A DNA stretch of 24,000 nt from Acidobacteriota bacterium (GTDB taxonomy: Bacteria; Acidobacteriota; Terriglobia; Acidiferrales; UBA7541), in the NCBI GenBank assembly GCA_021818865.1, contig JAKASX010000002.1:3209-27208 (forward strand), written 5' to 3'. Within the stretch, counting starts at the first letter, position 1, and every line of letters starts with the position of its first letter. This document shows, piece by piece, positions 21,592 through 24,000 of this stretch. The translations under genes and the position numbers were made by a program. The notes under the pieces are model-generated. The model saw nothing but the letters and a program-made list of their open reading frames with translations. It was not told where the DNA came from and did no database searches.

Positions 21592-23166
21592 GTGAGCACG
21601 TCGGCCATGCTCGAATCGGATTCCCGCCCGCTTGCGCTGGCGGAGTACTACGAAACTTTCACGGGGCCGGCATCCTGGCGCGAGAAGTTTGGGCAAGGTC
21701 TCAAGGAAGCAGAGCGAGTGCCGGGGGGTTCCGGCATTTATACGCTTTCGAATAACTTTCCTCTCGGTGATCATGTTGCCGCGTCCGCCAAGGAATTTTC
21801 TCCTGCGGAGCGCGCCGCTCCTGCCGCTGCAATCACGTTGGTTGAGCGTACCCTTGTGGAAGGATTTCCCCTTCAAGACCGAGCTTCGATTCAGACTCGG
21901 GTGTATCTGCTTAAGACCAGGTATGGGAAGCCAGGTGCGCGGCCGGAGCGCTGGGTGGACATTCCCCAATCCCTTCTCGACTCGCTGGGTGAATTTGATC
22001 GGCGTTACTGCGAGGCGTTGGTTGCGGAGGGGTTGGAACGTGAGGCGATTCGCGCGGCGTACTGCGGGCGGCTGGCGGTTCTTTGGCAATGCCCCGATGA
22101 CTTCACCGTGCACAAAATGCGCGCCCGGTGTAATGGTCGGACGCATCCTCCGTGCGCTGAAAAAAACTTCGATAGACTTTTTCGTTCTCTGCTTCCACTC
22201 GAAGAGAGTGTGCCGGCCGTTCTGCGTTCGCTTCCTGGATGGGATTGGTACGTGCTCGATTTCTCCTTTCGGCATGATCGAAAAAAAGACCCGACCCACG
22301 AAGAGTTGGTGGGCATGGTGAAAGTAATTGGTAACACCGTTCGGCGCGCCGTCCGTGAAGCGAAGCCGGATTGGTGGCGGGCCGGCCAAGGCTGCCGTCC
22401 GAAGTTGGATGCTGTGGGGAAACCGGTGCGTTCCCCGGACGGCTGGCCTATCGGTATCGCGCGCGATGGCAGTGAGCGAAGCCTTCCCGGCTGGGAATAC
22501 ATCTTTCTGCCGGAGCATCCTAGCCCGGACAATAAAGCGCGGAAGCAGGGTTTTCATGGCGCGATAAAAACGATTCCCGCGCGCTGGGTGTTGCGCTTTG
22601 GATTTGAGTTCGTTCGCGTGACCGAATTCGGGCGCGACAACACGAACGCTCACTTCCACGGCGCGTTTTTCGGGCCGCCGCTCGATTACGGGTATGACGA
22701 ACGTAAGTTGCGGGAAACTGGTGAGCTGAATTGTTGGGGTCGGCTGACTGCCATTTTCAAGCAGGAATCGCGGCGGATTTTGGGGCAGGAATCCTACACG
22801 GTGTTTTTCGAGCCTGCGCGCCAAGGTTTCCGATCGGTGCTGGCTCACGCGCTCAAATACACGAAGAAAATTCCTCGGACGACACCGGAGGGTTTGGCGC
22901 ATTTGGCGAAGGTTCTTCATGGGACGCGCCGCGTGGCGATCCTAGGCGCGCACTACGGCGTGTCGTTCTCCAAGCCATCCAATCTGAAGTGCTCGCGCTG
23001 CGGTGGTCCGCTAGCTCGCGTGGACGGATTGGGACCGGTGCCAATCGAAGAGGTGGCCGATCTGCCGGACGCACTCGAAGAGAAAATTTCCGTTCCTTCC
23101 GAGGCCGAAACAGAATCCGGCGCGGATGGTTTCTTGAAAGAGGCGGAGTGGGAGTGCGGCCCGTGA
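21592..23166 (+). CDS. HUH-superfamily rolling-circle Rep / relaxase-like initiator (element 2)
   Basis: The GTG at 21592 follows GGGGAGGGGGA. Motif I is YVLDFSF. Motif II is NTNAHFHGAFFG, a canonical H-F-H. Motif III is LAHALKYTKKI. There is an N-terminal C/H cluster (CGRLAVLWQC...H...C...PPC) and a C-terminal CSRCGG. It is collinear with 15620..16834 apart from an insertion between motifs I and II. Confidence 0.65.
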   Translation: MSTSAMLESDSRPLALAEYYETFTGPASWREKFGQGLKEAERVPGGSGIYTLSNNFPLGDHVAASAKEFSPAERAAPAAAITLVERTLVEGFPLQDRASIQTRVYLLKTRYGKPGARPERWVDIPQSLLDSLGEFDRRYCEALVAEGLEREAIRAAYCGRLAVLWQCPDDFTVHKMRARCNGRTHPPCAEKNFDRLFRSLLPLEESVPAVLRSLPGWDWYVLDFSFRHDRKKDPTHEELVGMVKVIGNTVRRAVREAKPDWWRAGQGCRPKLDAVGKPVRSPDGWPIGIARDGSERSLPGWEYIFLPEHPSPDNKARKQGFHGAIKTIPARWVLRFGFEFVRVTEFGRDNTNAHFHGAFFGPPLDYGYDERKLRETGELNCWGRLTAIFKQESRRILGQESYTVFFEPARQGFRSVLAHALKYTKKIPRTTPEGLAHLAKVLHGTRRVAILGAHYGVSFSKPSNLKCSRCGGPLARVDGLGPVPIEEVADLPDALEEKISVPSEAETESGADGFLKEAEWECGP

Positions 23167-23196
23167 AACCGCTGACGGAAAGCCAGGCGCGATCCC

Positions 23197-23439
23197 GTGA
23201 GTGTGCAAAAAAACAAACGCTGCCGGTGTCGCTGCGGCGGAGTGCTTCACGGCGCTGGAAGGGTTACGACGGACGCGCCGAGGTGGGAATTCGAACTTTT
23301 GCCGGAATTAGACCCGCATCGGCTCTCGTCGGCGACGGGAAACGGCCGTGGAAAAGGGGAAATGGTTGGGGAGCCGGCCTGGCGCTCTCTTCTACAACCT
23401 AACTTTTGCGATGAACGCGACGCAACCCACGCTTTTTGA
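23197..23439 (+). CDS. hypothetical small protein (frame ambiguous)
   Basis: GTG start. The product is MSVQKNKRCRCRCGG...WEFELLPELDPHRL.... Its stop overlaps the next ORF's TTG (TTGA). The alternative frame 23163..23402 (GTGA overlap with the Rep stop) is more Arg/Gly/Ser-biased. My hand GC3 counts are about equal (about 58-59 percent), so the choice is weak. Confidence 0.3.
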   Translation: MSVQKNKRCRCRCGGVLHGAGRVTTDAPRWEFELLPELDPHRLSSATGNGRGKGEMVGEPAWRSLLQPNFCDERDATHAF

Positions 23440-23654
23440 TTGCACCGCGGTGGGGCATGCGCGTTAATCGCTCCACCGACCGCCGTTGGGATTGGTGGCG
23501 CGCGAAGCGGCTTGGTTGGCCGGAGGGATACCGCATCCTGCTGCGGATCGAGGCGCGGTTTTGGGAACGGGGTGAGCGCACTCCTGAAGTGGAGGCGATT
23601 CTCGCTGGTTGTCGGCGCGCGGTGTTGGTCGAGTTGGGGTATCGGGTGAAATGA
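23436..23654 (+). CDS. small Trp/Arg-rich hypothetical protein
   Basis: The start is TTG 23436 or ATG 23457. The product is MRVNRSTDRRWDWWRAKRLGWPEGYRILLRIEARFWERGERTPEVEAILAGCRRAVLVELGYRVK. Its stop overlaps the Xis-like ATG (ATGA). Confidence 0.45.
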   Translation: MIAPRWGMRVNRSTDRRWDWWRAKRLGWPEGYRILLRIEARFWERGERTPEVEAILAGCRRAVLVELGYRVK

Positions 23655-23929
23655 TGGGAGCTTCCGTCCAAAGCGTTACGCCCGAATCGTTGGGGGCGAT
23701 GGAACGACATTACACGCCCGAAGAGGTGGCCGAGGCGTGGGGCGTTTCGGCAGACACGGTGCGGCGTATCTTCGATGGCGAGGCGGGCGTGTTGGTGATC
23801 GAGAATCATCGGGCCGGGAGCAGGCGGCGGCACCGCACGTTGCGGATTCCCGCATCCGTGGTGGACCGGGTGCATCGGCGGCACTTGACAAAGCCGATGC
23901 CTGGCGGCAGGCTCACGGGCGGGAGGTAA
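23651..23929 (+). CDS. Xis-like / excisionase-family HTH DNA-binding protein (element 2)
   Basis: MERHYTPEEVAEAWGVSADTVRRIFDGEAGVLVIENH...RTLRIPASVVDRVHRRHL shows 52/72 identical residues with the element 1 protein by hand alignment. The product is 92 aa. Confidence 0.6.
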   Translation: MMGASVQSVTPESLGAMERHYTPEEVAEAWGVSADTVRRIFDGEAGVLVIENHRAGSRRRHRTLRIPASVVDRVHRRHLTKPMPGGRLTGGR

Positions 23930-23936
23930 TGCGAGT

Positions 23937-24000
23937 ATGGTGAAAAAGGAGAAAAACAAGAACATTCACGCGGCGGCGCTCGGGACCCAGGGCGGGCGCG
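23937..24000 (+). CDS. Lys/Gly-rich basic peptide, 5' part (truncated by the window end)
   Basis: The ATG at 23937 gives MVKKEKNKNIHAAALGTQGGR.... It has the same position and the same AAxxLGxxGG motif as 17335..17478. Confidence 0.4.
   Translation, partial: MVKKEKNKNIHAAALGTQGGR

Larger units (their letters stand above)
18623..24000. mobile_element. Integrative element 2 (partial; right end with integrase and the intact tRNA expected beyond the window)
   Basis: It starts at att core B and has the same conserved arm block at the same offset. It shares the backbone order of element 1 (regulator, small basic protein, hairpin, SpoVG-like, Rep-like, small ORFs, Xis-like, Lys/Gly peptide). The window ends before any integrase. 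Confidence 0.7.

Noticed and set aside
21125-21595. The 156-aa ORF spanning the SpoVG-like gene end and the spacer before Rep 2.
   Set aside because: Its first half is out of frame with the better-supported SpoVG-like gene. The second half is Arg/Gly/Pro-rich and coincides with hairpins and direct repeats, so I treat it as non-coding.

Overview
High-GC bacterial DNA. The protein repertoire suggests an Acidobacteriota-like organism, but this is inference only.

**Bases 1-11.2 kb: ordinary chromosome, all on the + strand except one gene**
- A 5'-truncated TPR protein.
- A secreted hypothetical protein (- strand).
- A small membrane protein.
- A LolA-like secreted protein.
- A CPBP/CAAX-type intramembrane protease.
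- A PSMA/transferrin-receptor-like M28 peptidase.
- A roughly 1,076-aa BNR/Asp-box (sortilin-like) protein.

**From 11,366 to the window end: accessory DNA**
- An identical 24-nt sequence occurs at 11366-11389 and 18623-18646. Its reverse complement reads as the 3' end of a tRNA.
- These two copies delimit a 7.3-kb integrative element. They also mark the start of a second, related but divergent element that runs off the window.
- Both elements share one backbone, in this order:
  1. A (-) HTH regulator.
  2. A (+) small basic protein followed by a hairpin.
  3. A small nucleic-acid-binding protein: an orphan DnaG-type CHC2 zinc finger in element 1, a SpoVG-like protein in element 2.
  4. An HUH-type Rep-like protein.
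  5. One or more small ORFs.
  6. An Xis-like HTH protein.
  7. A Lys/Gly-rich peptide.
  8. A tyrosine integrase.
- The left-hand cargo differs completely between the two elements.
- I saw no capsid, conjugation or helicase genes.
- Several dense short-repeat arrays sit in the non-coding parts.
- No rRNA, intact tRNA or CRISPR array was found.

All calls come from reading the sequence and ORF translations by eye. No database search was run.
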